Of a stretch of 64,000 bases of DNA, positions 52,728 to 64,000 are shown piece after piece. Made by a program: the position numbers and the translations under genes. The stretch is taken from contig CAWVRN010000010.1 in assembly GCA_963932905.1 (NCBI GenBank), positions 54,809-118,808 of the forward strand, read 5' to 3'. Position 1 is the stretch's first letter. Each line of letters starts with the position of its first letter. The notes below the pieces were generated by a model, which was not told the origin of the DNA, made no database searches, and saw only the letters and a list, made by a program, of their open reading frames with translations. The stretch comes from an uncultured Bdellovibrio sp. Its GTDB lineage: Bacteria; Bdellovibrionota; Bdellovibrionia; Bdellovibrionales; Bdellovibrionaceae.

Positions 52728-54523
52728 ATCGAAATAGACTCGATGATAAACTGAAAACGTTGATTGTAATTAAACGTATCTTTTTTGATTTTAAAACATA
52801 TATCAAATTTTTGATTAAGGGCCGTTAGCATTTGACGTTGCTCTTCATTTGAATTGAACAGAACGAAATTCAACGCTTCCCGGTTCTGTGGATTTACTAC
52901 ATTTAACTTAAAATGTTTTTCCTTCATAACTTTGATGGAAAGAACGGCAACATCTTTTAACCGAAATACTGGTTCAGGAAATTGAACGCCAAACGGTTCT
53001 AAAAACTGCACCCATGTGAAAAAATGAGTGTTTAAATCAAACCAATCTAAATCGATAGGCTCTATATTTACCGAATCGACAGCGAAGGCAGTTGTTTCAT
53101 CACGAGTTTGTACTGCCCTAGAATCTTTAAGGTTTTTCAAAAACCCATTTGCTCCCTGCAAAATAATTTCTTCATTGGATTTCAAATACTCAAAACCCGC
53201 GGCGCTTGCGTGACCACCAAAACGTATCCACGTTTCCTTACTGACCGCCATCATATCAACTAAACTGTATGAAATAGAATCTGGCTTGCGTGACGATCCC
53301 ACAACGATATCACTATCAGCAGTTTGCGCACCAATAAAGAAACTGCCACCATATTGCTCGACCATTTTCGAAGCGATCAAACCAGTAACACCGTGGTGAA
53401 TATTCGCCGAGGCATAGAAAAACACCCGATAGTGATCTACGGTGTCGACAGAATTTGTTTTTAAATACTCTTCATAGGCCTGTTTAGCTTCTTGCAACCC
53501 GGACTCTTGCAATGCTTTACGCTCTATATTTAATTTCAAAATATCTTTAGCGAATGCTTTCGCGTCGGCAGCAGATTTGCGGAACAACAAATCAATCGGT
53601 TTTAATTCAGAACTCATGCGTGTGATCGCGTTTATCTTCGGTGCTAATTGCAGTCCGATATCACTCGAATCCAATTTTTTATCGTTCAAATTCAATTCCG
53701 TTAGCAACGCCTTCAAACCAAAATTAGTCACATTTTTAAAAGCATCAAATGCAAATTTCAAAAGCGTGCGATTGTCTTTCACTAAGGGAACCATATCCGT
53801 AACCGTCGCAATCGCAAAATATGGCAGTACTGATTTCAGATCAAACTTAACTGCCGTACCTTTTTCAATCCACTTTTTACATAAACCACGAACAAGGTAA
53901 AAGCCAACACCGCAGCCACATAAATAACCTAAACCAGACGTATCTCCGGGCTGATTTGGATTCACGATGCAATAGGCGTTCGGTAATTCATCTTGAGCCA
54001 AATGATGATCAGTAATGATCACATCAATTCCCAATTCCTTAGCTTTTTCGCACGCAGCATTTCCCGTGATACCCACATCCACAGTTACTACGACATCAAT
54101 GTTCTTTTCAGCTTTTAATTTTTCTAAAATAGACACGTGCAGTCCGTAACCATCGTTGGCCTTTGAAGGCTGAAAATAATGAAGGTTACTGAATCCAAGC
54201 GCCTTAAAACTGTCATACAATAAAATGATTCCTGACGTTCCATCTAAATCGTAATCACCATAGATCAAAACGTTTTCTTGGTTAATCCAAGCATTCCACA
54301 AACGTTCCGCCGCTTTTTCCAAGTTTTCAATTTTATAAGGATTTTCTAGAGTCGTCAGTTTTGGCTGCAAGAAATCAAACATTTGCTGAGGAGTCGTTTG
54401 ATTGAACTTCTCCAAATACCCGCGCAGCTTAGACGGGATCTGGTTGTAAAAATCCAGAACGGCTGATTTCTGAGCAGAGGAACCATTTGACTGGTTCCCG
54501 TTCTGGATAGTTACGTCGGACAT
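52724..54523 (-). CDS. recJ: Single-stranded DNA exonuclease RecJ
   Basis: YGDYDLDG, TVDVG, ITDHH, FGGHASAAG and LEPFG. Confidence 0.92.
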   Translation of the reverse strand: MSDVTIQNGNQSNGSSAQKSAVLDFYNQIPSKLRGYLEKFNQTTPQQMFDFLQPKLTTLENPYKIENLEKAAERLWNAWINQENVLIYGDYDLDGTSGIILLYDSFKALGFSNLHYFQPSKANDGYGLHVSILEKLKAEKNIDVVVTVDVGITGNAACEKAKELGIDVIITDHHLAQDELPNAYCIVNPNQPGDTSGLGYLCGCGVGFYLVRGLCKKWIEKGTAVKFDLKSVLPYFAIATVTDMVPLVKDNRTLLKFAFDAFKNVTNFGLKALLTELNLNDKKLDSSDIGLQLAPKINAITRMSSELKPIDLLFRKSAADAKAFAKDILKLNIERKALQESGLQEAKQAYEEYLKTNSVDTVDHYRVFFYASANIHHGVTGLIASKMVEQYGGSFFIGAQTADSDIVVGSSRKPDSISYSLVDMMAVSKETWIRFGGHASAAGFEYLKSNEEIILQGANGFLKNLKDSRAVQTRDETTAFAVDSVNIEPIDLDWFDLNTHFFTWVQFLEPFGVQFPEPVFRLKDVAVLSIKVMKEKHFKLNVVNPQNREALNFVLFNSNEEQRQMLTALNQKFDICFKIKKDTFNYNQRFQFIIESISI

Positions 54524-54526
54524 GTT

Positions 54527-55474
54527 CTATGCCTTTGCTAATAAATTCATTTTTTCCATTAAGATCATCATTGGCGCTGCCACGAAAATCGACGAGTAAG
54601 TTCCAAAGAACATCCCGATCGTGATCGCAAAAGCGATATCCGAAACAGTTCCTGTCGAGAAAATCCACAGGCACAATGCCGATGTGAATACAGTTCCCGA
54701 AGTGATGATGGTACGACCCAACATATCGTTAATGGCTTTGTTGATAATGAATTTTGACGATTTACCATGGTAGTGAGAGTCCGTTTCACGAATCCTATCG
54801 AACACAACAATGGTATCATTCAAAGAGTAACCAATTAGAGTTAAGATCGCCGCCAAAATAGATACGTTCACCTCTTTACCCACCAAAACGAAGATACCTA
54901 AAGTTAAAATCGCATCATGGGCCAAACACACCACCGCACCTGGTGAGTATTTGTAATCAAAACGAAGACCGACATAGATCAAAATCGCTAACAAACTATA
55001 AAATACGGCTAACAACCCGTTACGTTTTAACTCAGCACCTACTTGAGGACCCACTGTATCAACACGGCGAATTTCAGGTTGTTTGTCTTTGAACTGAGTA
55101 TCGATGACTGATTTCACTTTTCCGATCGCTTCGTTCAATTTTACATTTGTTTCTTTATCGTCTTTACCCGCTTCACCTTGGAATCGGATGATAAATTCAT
55201 TGCTGTCACCAAAACCTTGAATCCCAACTTCACCAATACCTAAACCCTGAGCGGCTTTACGCACATCATCGATAGAAACAGTTTGCCCAAATTTAACTTG
55301 GATTTCAGTTCCACCTTTAAAATCGATACCGTAGTTAATGCCACCAATTGCTAGATACAGCAACGATGCAATAGTTAAAAGTAACGAGATACCACCGAAA
55401 AATGGTGTTTTACCGACGAAGTCAAATCGTCCGAAGTTTTCTTTTTCTACATTTACGTTATTTTTTTGATTCAT
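54527..55474 (-). CDS. secF: Protein translocase subunit SecF
   Basis: GIDFKGGT, VGPQVG and GYSLNDTIVVFDRIRE. Confidence 0.97.
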   Translation of the reverse strand: MNQKNNVNVEKENFGRFDFVGKTPFFGGISLLLTIASLLYLAIGGINYGIDFKGGTEIQVKFGQTVSIDDVRKAAQGLGIGEVGIQGFGDSNEFIIRFQGEAGKDDKETNVKLNEAIGKVKSVIDTQFKDKQPEIRRVDTVGPQVGAELKRNGLLAVFYSLLAILIYVGLRFDYKYSPGAVVCLAHDAILTLGIFVLVGKEVNVSILAAILTLIGYSLNDTIVVFDRIRETDSHYHGKSSKFIINKAINDMLGRTIITSGTVFTSALCLWIFSTGTVSDIAFAITIGMFFGTYSSIFVAAPMMILMEKMNLLAKA

Positions 55475-55483
55475 ATTCTACCT

Positions 55484-57214
55484 CTACGCCTTAGCCAAAC
55501 TCTTACCAGATAAACCGATAGAGATATTTTTAACATTCCATTTGTAGATCAGGGTATCTACGATCACTTTCGAGAAGAATACGTTCGCGAAAAGAGTCGT
55601 TGCGATACCAATTAATAATGTTACCGCGAAACCACGAATTGGACCCGTACCAAAATTAAGCAGAATAACAGCAACTGCGGCGACTGTTACATTGGAATCC
55701 AAGATCGCCGACATAGCACGGCTGTATCCTTCTTTGACTGCTAATTTCCAACTTGCACCTTTAATTAGTTCTTCCTTAATTCGTTCTTGAATCAGAACAT
55801 TCGCATCGACGGCAAAGCCCACGGTTAAGGCAATACCCGCAATACCCGGCAGAGTCAGCGTCGCGCCCAGAGCCGTTAGCAACCCTAAACCCGACAAAAC
55901 GTTGATAGCGATAGAAGCTGAAGCCACTACGCCCATCGCGCGATAGTACAAGATCAAGAATAAAAAGATCAAAAACGCACCTGCGTAGGCACCCATTTGA
56001 GCCTGTTTAACTGAATCGGCACCTAATGTAGGACCGACACGACGCTCTTCCAATTGTTCTAAAGCTGCTGGCAAAGAGCCGGCTTTAAGAGCTGTCGAAA
56101 TCATTTTCGCTTCATCCAATGACTCTTGGTGATTTCTTTGACCCAATGTGATTACTGCGTTTCCGTCACCAATTCGCGTTTGGATATTAGGAGCTGATTT
56201 AACGACGCGATCTAGAACGATGGCCATACGTTTATTAATATTGTTTCCTGTAATATCTGCAAATTTACCGGCACCCAAAGCATTGAAACGAAGAGCGACC
56301 TGCGGATCACCGTATTGACCGAAAGAAATGGTCGCATCGTCAAGATCCGTTCCACCTAGTCCCGTGTCGGCTTTTAAAACATACGCTAATGAACCGGCGT
56401 CCATGGTACGTGCGTTTTCCGCTTTACCAAAATACACGACTGATTTTTCAGGAATTTTACCGCGAAGAGCTTCGTTGATTTTATTTACATATTCAGAGTA
56501 TTTCACTGTCGCCATTGTAAAGTTACCAGCGGTCTCTGCTTCTTTAATCCACTTTTGAACATCGCCGTAGTTCACTGAATCATCAACGATCATGAAATCC
56601 AGTTTCGCCGTCGTATTGATCAATTTCTTAGCTTGTTCCGCATCTGCCATACCAGGCAATTGAACCAAAATACGGTTATCACCTTGCTGAGAGATACTTG
56701 GTTCAGCAACACCAAATTCGTCGATACGATTACGAATCGTTTCTATAGACTGAGCGATTACTTTTTGTCTCAGTTCAACTAGGTAATTATCTAAATAACG
56801 ATAGATTGTGAATTTATCTTTGCGTTCAATCGTTTGCAAAACAGTACCATATTGATCGCCCATGTACTTGTTCGCAGCGTCGGCATCAGCAGCGCTATGA
56901 AATTCAAATTCCATTTCACCATTAGCTGGATTTAAAATTTTGAAATTAACTAGCTCAACTTTTGTCGCCGCTTGCGTAGCCAATTCTTTTTTTAAACTAT
57001 TAGCCTGGCGAGTGGCTGTCTCTTGCATGACGCCGTTGATGTCAACGCCCATCACAAGATGGATACCACCCTGAATGTCCAAACCATAATTCAATTTTTT
57101 CTTAGCTGGCCACCAACTCATTTTGGTGGTGTCCATGAAGTTAGGAGTTAGCAAAACAATTGCAGTTAAGATACCGACAATTGCGCCCACTACTCGCCAT
57201 CTGTAATTTTCCAT
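55484..57214 (-). CDS. secD: Protein translocase subunit SecD
   Basis: GLDIQGG, RIDEFGVAEP, VGPTLG and AVDANVLI. Confidence 0.97.
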   Translation of the reverse strand: MENYRWRVVGAIVGILTAIVLLTPNFMDTTKMSWWPAKKKLNYGLDIQGGIHLVMGVDINGVMQETATRQANSLKKELATQAATKVELVNFKILNPANGEMEFEFHSAADADAANKYMGDQYGTVLQTIERKDKFTIYRYLDNYLVELRQKVIAQSIETIRNRIDEFGVAEPSISQQGDNRILVQLPGMADAEQAKKLINTTAKLDFMIVDDSVNYGDVQKWIKEAETAGNFTMATVKYSEYVNKINEALRGKIPEKSVVYFGKAENARTMDAGSLAYVLKADTGLGGTDLDDATISFGQYGDPQVALRFNALGAGKFADITGNNINKRMAIVLDRVVKSAPNIQTRIGDGNAVITLGQRNHQESLDEAKMISTALKAGSLPAALEQLEERRVGPTLGADSVKQAQMGAYAGAFLIFLFLILYYRAMGVVASASIAINVLSGLGLLTALGATLTLPGIAGIALTVGFAVDANVLIQERIKEELIKGASWKLAVKEGYSRAMSAILDSNVTVAAVAVILLNFGTGPIRGFAVTLLIGIATTLFANVFFSKVIVDTLIYKWNVKNISIGLSGKSLAKA

Positions 57215-57294
57215 AATTTCCCCTTACTGACAGTTACGATGTAAATCTCTGACATTGTGCTAAGTAAGGGAATAGATTGTCAAATACGAAAGAA

Positions 57295-57332
57295 GGCTCA
57301 CGTGTTTCCCCCATTATTGGGGACACTGAGCC
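57295..57332 (-). terminator. Hairpin after yajC
   Basis: ggctca-cgtgtttcccc...ggggacac-tgagcc. Confidence 0.5.
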
Positions 57333-57366
57333 ATTCTTAGAATAGTTGCTGCTTATTTAAACAGAA

Positions 57367-57738
57367 TTATTTTTTCGGAGTTTCTTTTTGCGCAGACTGA
57401 ATTACGGACTGAGCACTGCCAGCTACTTGCGAGCGAAGCATTTTGATGCGTACGCCATCAGCAATTTCCAAAGTCACAAACTGTTCAGTTAAACCCTCGA
57501 TACGACCTAAAATGCCGGTTTGAGTGATGATCTCATCTCCACGTTTAATAGATGAAACAAAGCTCTGGTGTTCTTTTTGTTTACGCATTTGAGGGCGCAA
57601 TAGAACAAAATATAGAATCACAAACATGATCACAAATGGGAATAATGCTTCTAGCATACCTGGCTGTTGCGGCGTTGCGGTTTGAGCCAATGCCAATGCG
57701 GGAGCTAAAAATGGTAACAAAATTAAAGATCTTTTCAT
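57367..57738 (-). CDS. yajC: Preprotein translocase subunit YajC
   Basis: YFVLLRPQMRKQK...GDEIITQTGILG. Confidence 0.95.
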   Translation of the reverse strand: MKRSLILLPFLAPALALAQTATPQQPGMLEALFPFVIMFVILYFVLLRPQMRKQKEHQSFVSSIKRGDEIITQTGILGRIEGLTEQFVTLEIADGVRIKMLRSQVAGSAQSVIQSAQKETPKK

Positions 57739-57793
57739 AATTCACCTCGTTAAAAGAAACCCCTTGTACCTAAAGGAGTTCGGTTTGAATACA

Positions 57794-60042
<2,249 letters not shown>

Positions 60043-60062
60043 AACTGAGTCCGTCTGGCAAA

Positions 60063-60431
60063 CTAAAGACTGCTCCAGAGCTCCATTATATCCTGATACT
60101 CGCTAGGCTCCATCTCGTAGTATTCCAAACCGGCTTCATTTAAATTCATACCCAAGGTAATAAAATGTCCATCTTGATACGTTAAAACAAACTTCGTTTG
60201 TCCCCGCGGCGGTTTACCGGGAACCACCGTCGTCTTATTAAGCATTAATCCGTCGATAAACGACATTAAGCTATATAATTGGGCCGCATCAACGATAGCT
60301 TCCCAATTTTCCCCGTTCACGATTCCGGTCAGTTGTAGTTCAGAAATGAATAATGTTACATCAAAATGATCACGACCAGTTCGAACGACTCGAATTGTTT
60401 TTAAGCGACTTGCTGAAATTTTTTCTGCCAT
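60063..60431 (-). CDS. Hypothetical protein
   Basis: 122 aa ORF with protein-like composition, co-oriented with queA. Confidence 0.6.
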   Translation of the reverse strand: MAEKISASRLKTIRVVRTGRDHFDVTLFISELQLTGIVNGENWEAIVDAAQLYSLMSFIDGLMLNKTTVVPGKPPRGQTKFVLTYQDGHFITLGMNLNEAGLEYYEMEPSEYQDIMELWSSL

Positions 60432-60480
60432 GAAAACAGCATAAGGAGAATTAAAGACAATGGCTAGTTACATTTTAGAC

Positions 60481-60511
60481 AAAAAAAAGCGGAAGGCTTT
60501 AAGCCTTCCGC
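60481..60511 (-). terminator. Intrinsic terminator
   Basis: gcggaaggc-ttaaa-gccttccgc followed by T8 on the minus strand. Confidence 0.88.
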
Positions 60512-60765
60512 AGGAGAACTTACTCATGTCGGGGAACCACCAAACCCTCATGAGAGTTTCTCCAAAAAACCAAAGGAGAAAATGAAACACTATGAACCAC
60601 AAACCTATTAAAACTTAAATCATTCCAAGGACTCTGAAAGCCATCCTAGCTTCCGTAACGAGTCCTTGTGGGCGCTGGCTTTGCTCATCCAGTCACGTTC
60701 CTCATTGAACTAGCTGCTTCCCATCCTGTCCGGCTTTCTTCATCCTTGAAGTGCCTTTCATTAGT
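60481..60765 (-). ncRNA. Putative CsrB/RsmZ-like small RNA (GGA-rich); 5' end uncertain
   Basis: Ten GGA motifs in about 130 nt (CAAGGAUG, CAGGAUG, CUGGAUG, CAAGGAC, ACGGAA, UAGGAUG and others), some in hairpin loops; ends in a strong intrinsic terminator; no long ORF. Confidence 0.62.
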
Positions 60766-60912
60766 AAGACGCTACTCCCCCCTTTAGGGGTTAATCGGTT
60801 GGACGATTTTTGTGAAATATTTTATGTTTTTTAGTCAGCTGGGCCTAAATCTTGTTATTTTACTTTAAGTTTAGATATAGAGCACCACGGTTCTTCATAA
60901 TCCATATCTTTA

Positions 60913-61422
60913 TTAAATCTGGTTTTGGTTCCAAGCTGCGACGGCCGGGGGTAATAGCGGACTCGTTATATCGACTTTGGCTAGCGAAAGGATTTCCTTA
61001 GGCGACACCGAGCCGCCCGTTTTTCTTAAAAATCGAGCCCGCACAATCGCCTCGGCGACAAGCTCCCCGCCTCGCAAAAACCTCTGCTGCAAAACAAAGG
61101 CTTTTTCGTCCCAGCCCAAAACAGTAGTTTCAATAAAAAAGCGCTCAAACAGCTTCAATGATTTTTTAAAACGGATCGATTCCGCCACAACAACCGGATA
61201 CATTCCATATTTATTTAGGTCTGCCCACAGACCGGCGCGGATCATCAAATCGACGCGGGCCAAATCCATAATGGAAAGATATATCCCATTATTCATATGC
61301 CTTAGAACATCAAGATCACCGAGTGAACACCGAAACGGAGTTAGGCACGGGCCTAAAACAGAAACTTTCGATCTAAACCGCGCAAGAATAGAAACCAAAA
61401 GTAATCGAATAAACAAATTCAC
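60913..61422 (-). CDS. Hotdog-fold thioesterase family protein
   Basis: DLDVLRHMNNGIYLSIMDLAR. Confidence 0.88.
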   Translation of the reverse strand: MNLFIRLLLVSILARFRSKVSVLGPCLTPFRCSLGDLDVLRHMNNGIYLSIMDLARVDLMIRAGLWADLNKYGMYPVVVAESIRFKKSLKLFERFFIETTVLGWDEKAFVLQQRFLRGGELVAEAIVRARFLRKTGGSVSPKEILSLAKVDITSPLLPPAVAAWNQNQI

Positions 61423-61440
61423 GGCTAACTCCGAAGGAAA

Positions 61441-61803
61441 CTATTTAGCTCGCACCAAGGTTTTAAACTTACCGGCACTAAATCGCTTCATATCGAATAA
61501 CATTTCTGGAAACTTTGATGGATCCATTCGTGGATCCGCTGCCACTTTTTTATTTACACTCGTGCAATGTGCTTTTGATTTATAAACGATGTAAGCAAAG
61601 ATCAATGTTTCGTCTTTTTTCAATTTACATAATTTTGTAAATGGAATGCCCCACGGGGTATCTAATTTATCAGCAACGCATTCGTAGTAATCAAGGGCGC
61701 CATGATCCATCCATACGTTGCGGCCAACCGTCGCCATTTTTTTATAGCCATTAAGATGTTTCTTTTTTATTGGGATAACAAATCCGTCAATATATCTACC
61801 CAT
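61441..61803 (-). CDS. DUF1428 (YbaA-like) protein
   Basis: YIDGFVIP, HGALDYYEC and DPRM...FDMKR. Confidence 0.88.
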   Translation of the reverse strand: MGRYIDGFVIPIKKKHLNGYKKMATVGRNVWMDHGALDYYECVADKLDTPWGIPFTKLCKLKKDETLIFAYIVYKSKAHCTSVNKKVAADPRMDPSKFPEMLFDMKRFSAGKFKTLVRAK

Positions 61804-61820
61804 AGTTTCTCCTTATTATA

Positions 61821-62177
61821 TTAGCCACAAAGCGAAGACAGGTTTTTCTTTAAAGACCATGTGTCGCCATTTTCTGATTCTTGAATTTTTTTGTTTTTGA
61901 TTTGGAACACTCGAACTCCGCCTGTGTCCAGTACAAGGGTTAAAGTCAGATCACCCTTGATCTTGTCCGCACGTTTCGATTTCGCCAACTTCAATTCCTT
62001 TAAGAGTTCATGCAAGTCAGACTTTGAAATTTCGCGCGCGCTGCACCTTTTTCCACTCACGATGGCACTAGCAATGTGTTTGTATTCAATGATGTGTTTA
62101 TCTGTCGCAGCTCCAGAAACTTGGGAATACACTGCCAAAATACTACAAAGGACTAATAAATTTGAAAACACACGCAT
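61821..62177 (-). CDS. Secreted hypothetical protein
   Basis: AAGGGG SD before ATG 62177; signal peptide. Confidence 0.55.
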   Translation of the reverse strand: MRVFSNLLVLCSILAVYSQVSGAATDKHIIEYKHIASAIVSGKRCSAREISKSDLHELLKELKLAKSKRADKIKGDLTLTLVLDTGGVRVFQIKNKKIQESENGDTWSLKKNLSSLCG

Positions 62178-62270
62178 ACCCACCCCTTTATGTACAAGAA
62201 AACCATGAGAAAGATAAAAACAAAAGATAAAAAACAAGACACGGAGCCATTTTCCATGGTGTCATAGGTC

Positions 62271-62969
62271 ATGGAATTTTTTGAAACGGTTAATACACGT
62301 AGAAGCGTTAGACGATACACCGAAACCACTGTCCCCGACGAAGTTGTTCGCAAGGCACTTGATTCGGCACTAAAAGCGCCAAATTCCTCGAATATGCAGG
62401 CCTGGGAATTTTATTGGGTAAAATCACCGGAAAACAAATCGGCACTTGTAAATGCCTGTTTGTTTCAAGGGACTGCGCGCACGGCGAATCATTTAATTGT
62501 TGCAGTCGCTAGAATCGACACTTGGAAACGAAACCGCGACCTACTGATTCAACAAATGCAGGCCAACGGTCCCATAAGTGGGCAAATCAAAGACTACTAC
62601 TATAAAATTATTCCGTTTTTATACACTCAAGATCCGTTTGGAATTCTTGGAACATTGAAGTTTCTGATTCTAAATGTACTGGGATTGTTCCGCCCCGTAT
62701 TCAGAAGACCCGCCTTTAAAACTGATCTGTTTGAAGTCGTCACTAAATCCGCCGCCCTTGCCTGCGAGAATTTTATGTTAGCTATCACAGCACAAGGCTA
62801 TGGCAGTTGCCCCATGGAAGGATTTGACGAGAGACGTGTGAAAAAAATATTCAAATTGAATTCAAAATGTCGAGTCGTCATGGTTATCGGTGTCGGCGAT
62901 ATTGATCCGACAGGTATATTTGGTCCTCAATACCGAATTGATTCTAAACTTGTGATTCACGAAGTTTAA
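62271..62969 (+). CDS. Nitroreductase family protein
   Basis: RRSVRRY, APNSSNMQAW and SCPMEGFD. Confidence 0.92.
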   Translation: MEFFETVNTRRSVRRYTETTVPDEVVRKALDSALKAPNSSNMQAWEFYWVKSPENKSALVNACLFQGTARTANHLIVAVARIDTWKRNRDLLIQQMQANGPISGQIKDYYYKIIPFLYTQDPFGILGTLKFLILNVLGLFRPVFRRPAFKTDLFEVVTKSAALACENFMLAITAQGYGSCPMEGFDERRVKKIFKLNSKCRVVMVIGVGDIDPTGIFGPQYRIDSKLVIHEV

Positions 62970-63086
62970 ATTGTGAAATAATGTCGCATGGATTGCCCAT
63001 GATAATTTAAAAAATAAAATGGCTAAGTTTTGTTTGCCGTATTTTGCAGAACCATGCTATCGTTAGCTACGGTTCGGGGGGACGGC

Positions 63087-63515
63087 ATGCGTGTTTTGTT
63101 TTTCTTGCTAATTTCAAGCTTCAACACAACCTCGGCGGTCACAGCACAAACCATTAACTTAAATGGCTGCTTAGAGCAGATTTCCAAGAACGAACAGTGG
63201 ATCGTTCAAGATCCAAAGCAATTCACCTGCGTCGCTAACAAACCAGAATTTAAATCGATCGCAAAAACGTTGTGTTCCGCTGATCACAGCGATCTTTCTA
63301 AGAACTACAAGAAATTTATGGAATTTTCGGAGAAAATCAAAATCGCCTGGGCCCGTTTTCAATCGGCAACGACACCTGGGGAACGAACGTTGGCAAGCGC
63401 GGAACTTCAAGATCTGCAGCGCAACCAAAGCACATTCGGTCACGCGAACGGCATTTGGGAGGCATTGGATGCTGTCAATCTGGCCAAGTATCAGTGCGAG
63501 CAAAATCCCATTTAA
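63087..63515 (+). CDS. Secreted hypothetical protein (4 Cys)
   Basis: GGGGGG SD before ATG 63087; signal-like N-terminus. Confidence 0.55.
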   Translation: MRVLFFLLISSFNTTSAVTAQTINLNGCLEQISKNEQWIVQDPKQFTCVANKPEFKSIAKTLCSADHSDLSKNYKKFMEFSEKIKIAWARFQSATTPGERTLASAELQDLQRNQSTFGHANGIWEALDAVNLAKYQCEQNPI

Positions 63516-63662
63516 TTTTTCCGCAGATCCGTGGAAAAAATTATTATCTATTGATAGAAATCAATTAACGTTTTCTTGTAATTAAGCTCCGTGTTCCCAG
63601 CCAGTCGCGACCTACATAGCTAGAAGGTTGACTTCAAGCCTCTACTGACTATATTTTGAAGT

Positions 63663-63947
63663 GTGAAATTTTGGCTGATTCTTTTGATTTATACACATAC
63701 TACCGTTGCCTCGTCATCGAATGTTGAGAGAATGATTCGTCAAAGCAGTGCTTTGTCCGATGTTCAGCAACAGCTGAATGAAGCTTACTTAGCGGCAGTT
63801 GCAAAAATCGATAAAAATGAAATCATGAAGCTCAAATCTGATCACGCCACTTGGTTAAAACAGCGTGATTTGTGTAAAGATCACGATTGCATCCACACCA
63901 GCTTAATGAAACGATTGACCAAACTCGATCGCCTAAATAAACCTTAA
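63663..63947 (+). CDS. LprI/DUF1311 lysozyme-inhibitor-like protein
   Basis: LNEAYLAA...LKSDHATWLKQRDLC...CI...RLTKL. Confidence 0.7.
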   Translation: MKFWLILLIYTHTTVASSSNVERMIRQSSALSDVQQQLNEAYLAAVAKIDKNEIMKLKSDHATWLKQRDLCKDHDCIHTSLMKRLTKLDRLNKP

Positions 63948-63954
63948 GAACTGG

Positions 63955-63977
63955 CCCCTTAGCCTGCAGCTAAGGGG
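63955..63977 (+). terminator. Hairpin after the DUF1311 gene
   Basis: ccccttagc-ctgca-gctaagggg. Confidence 0.6.
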
Positions 63978-64000
63978 AGATTTAATTTCTTTAAATTCAA

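Noticed and set aside
60043..60480. preQ1 riboswitch upstream of queA
   Set aside because: No preQ1 aptamer pattern recognised by eye.
60770..60830. sigma28 (FliA) promoter for the candidate sRNA (ACCGATTA)
   Set aside because: The -10-like match has no correctly spaced TAAA -35 element.
60977..61585. 202 aa plus-strand ORF
   Set aside because: Antisense to the well-supported thioesterase and DUF1428 genes.

Overview
A 64 kb, roughly 40% GC chromosomal segment of mostly core genes. Gene content and order suggest a Bdellovibrio-like predator (Bdellovibrionota); this is an inference. Main blocks: (1) a five-gene mevalonate cluster (fni, mvaA, putative phosphomevalonate kinase, mvaD, mevalonate kinase) directly downstream of rpmI-rplT; (2) thrS-infC (ATT start), separated from rpmI-rplT by a MepA-like lipoprotein and an oppositely oriented heme-motif protein plus TAT-exported DUF1501 pair; (3) a complete alternative complex III operon (actABCDEF) near system II cytochrome c maturation genes; (4) metabolic and repair genes (photolyase, CtaA, UbiB kinase, PduO and others); (5) a long queA-tgt-yajC-secDF-recJ-queC-ParB-like-DUF366 run. 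No rRNA, tRNA, CRISPR array, transposase or prophage was recognised. The best unannotated signals are: a candidate ~285 nt CsrB/RsmZ-like sRNA at 60481-60765 (minus strand) with 10 GGA motifs and a terminator; a recurring sigma54-type promoter plus WACTGTCY / TGTC-N9-GACA motif in front of a PilZ gene and several secreted-protein genes; a coupled pair of secreted proteins with internal hydrophobic hairpins (possible two-component pore former); a shared C-x17-C module in two small secreted proteins; and several long palindromic elements. All calls come from reading motifs by eye; no database searches were run.
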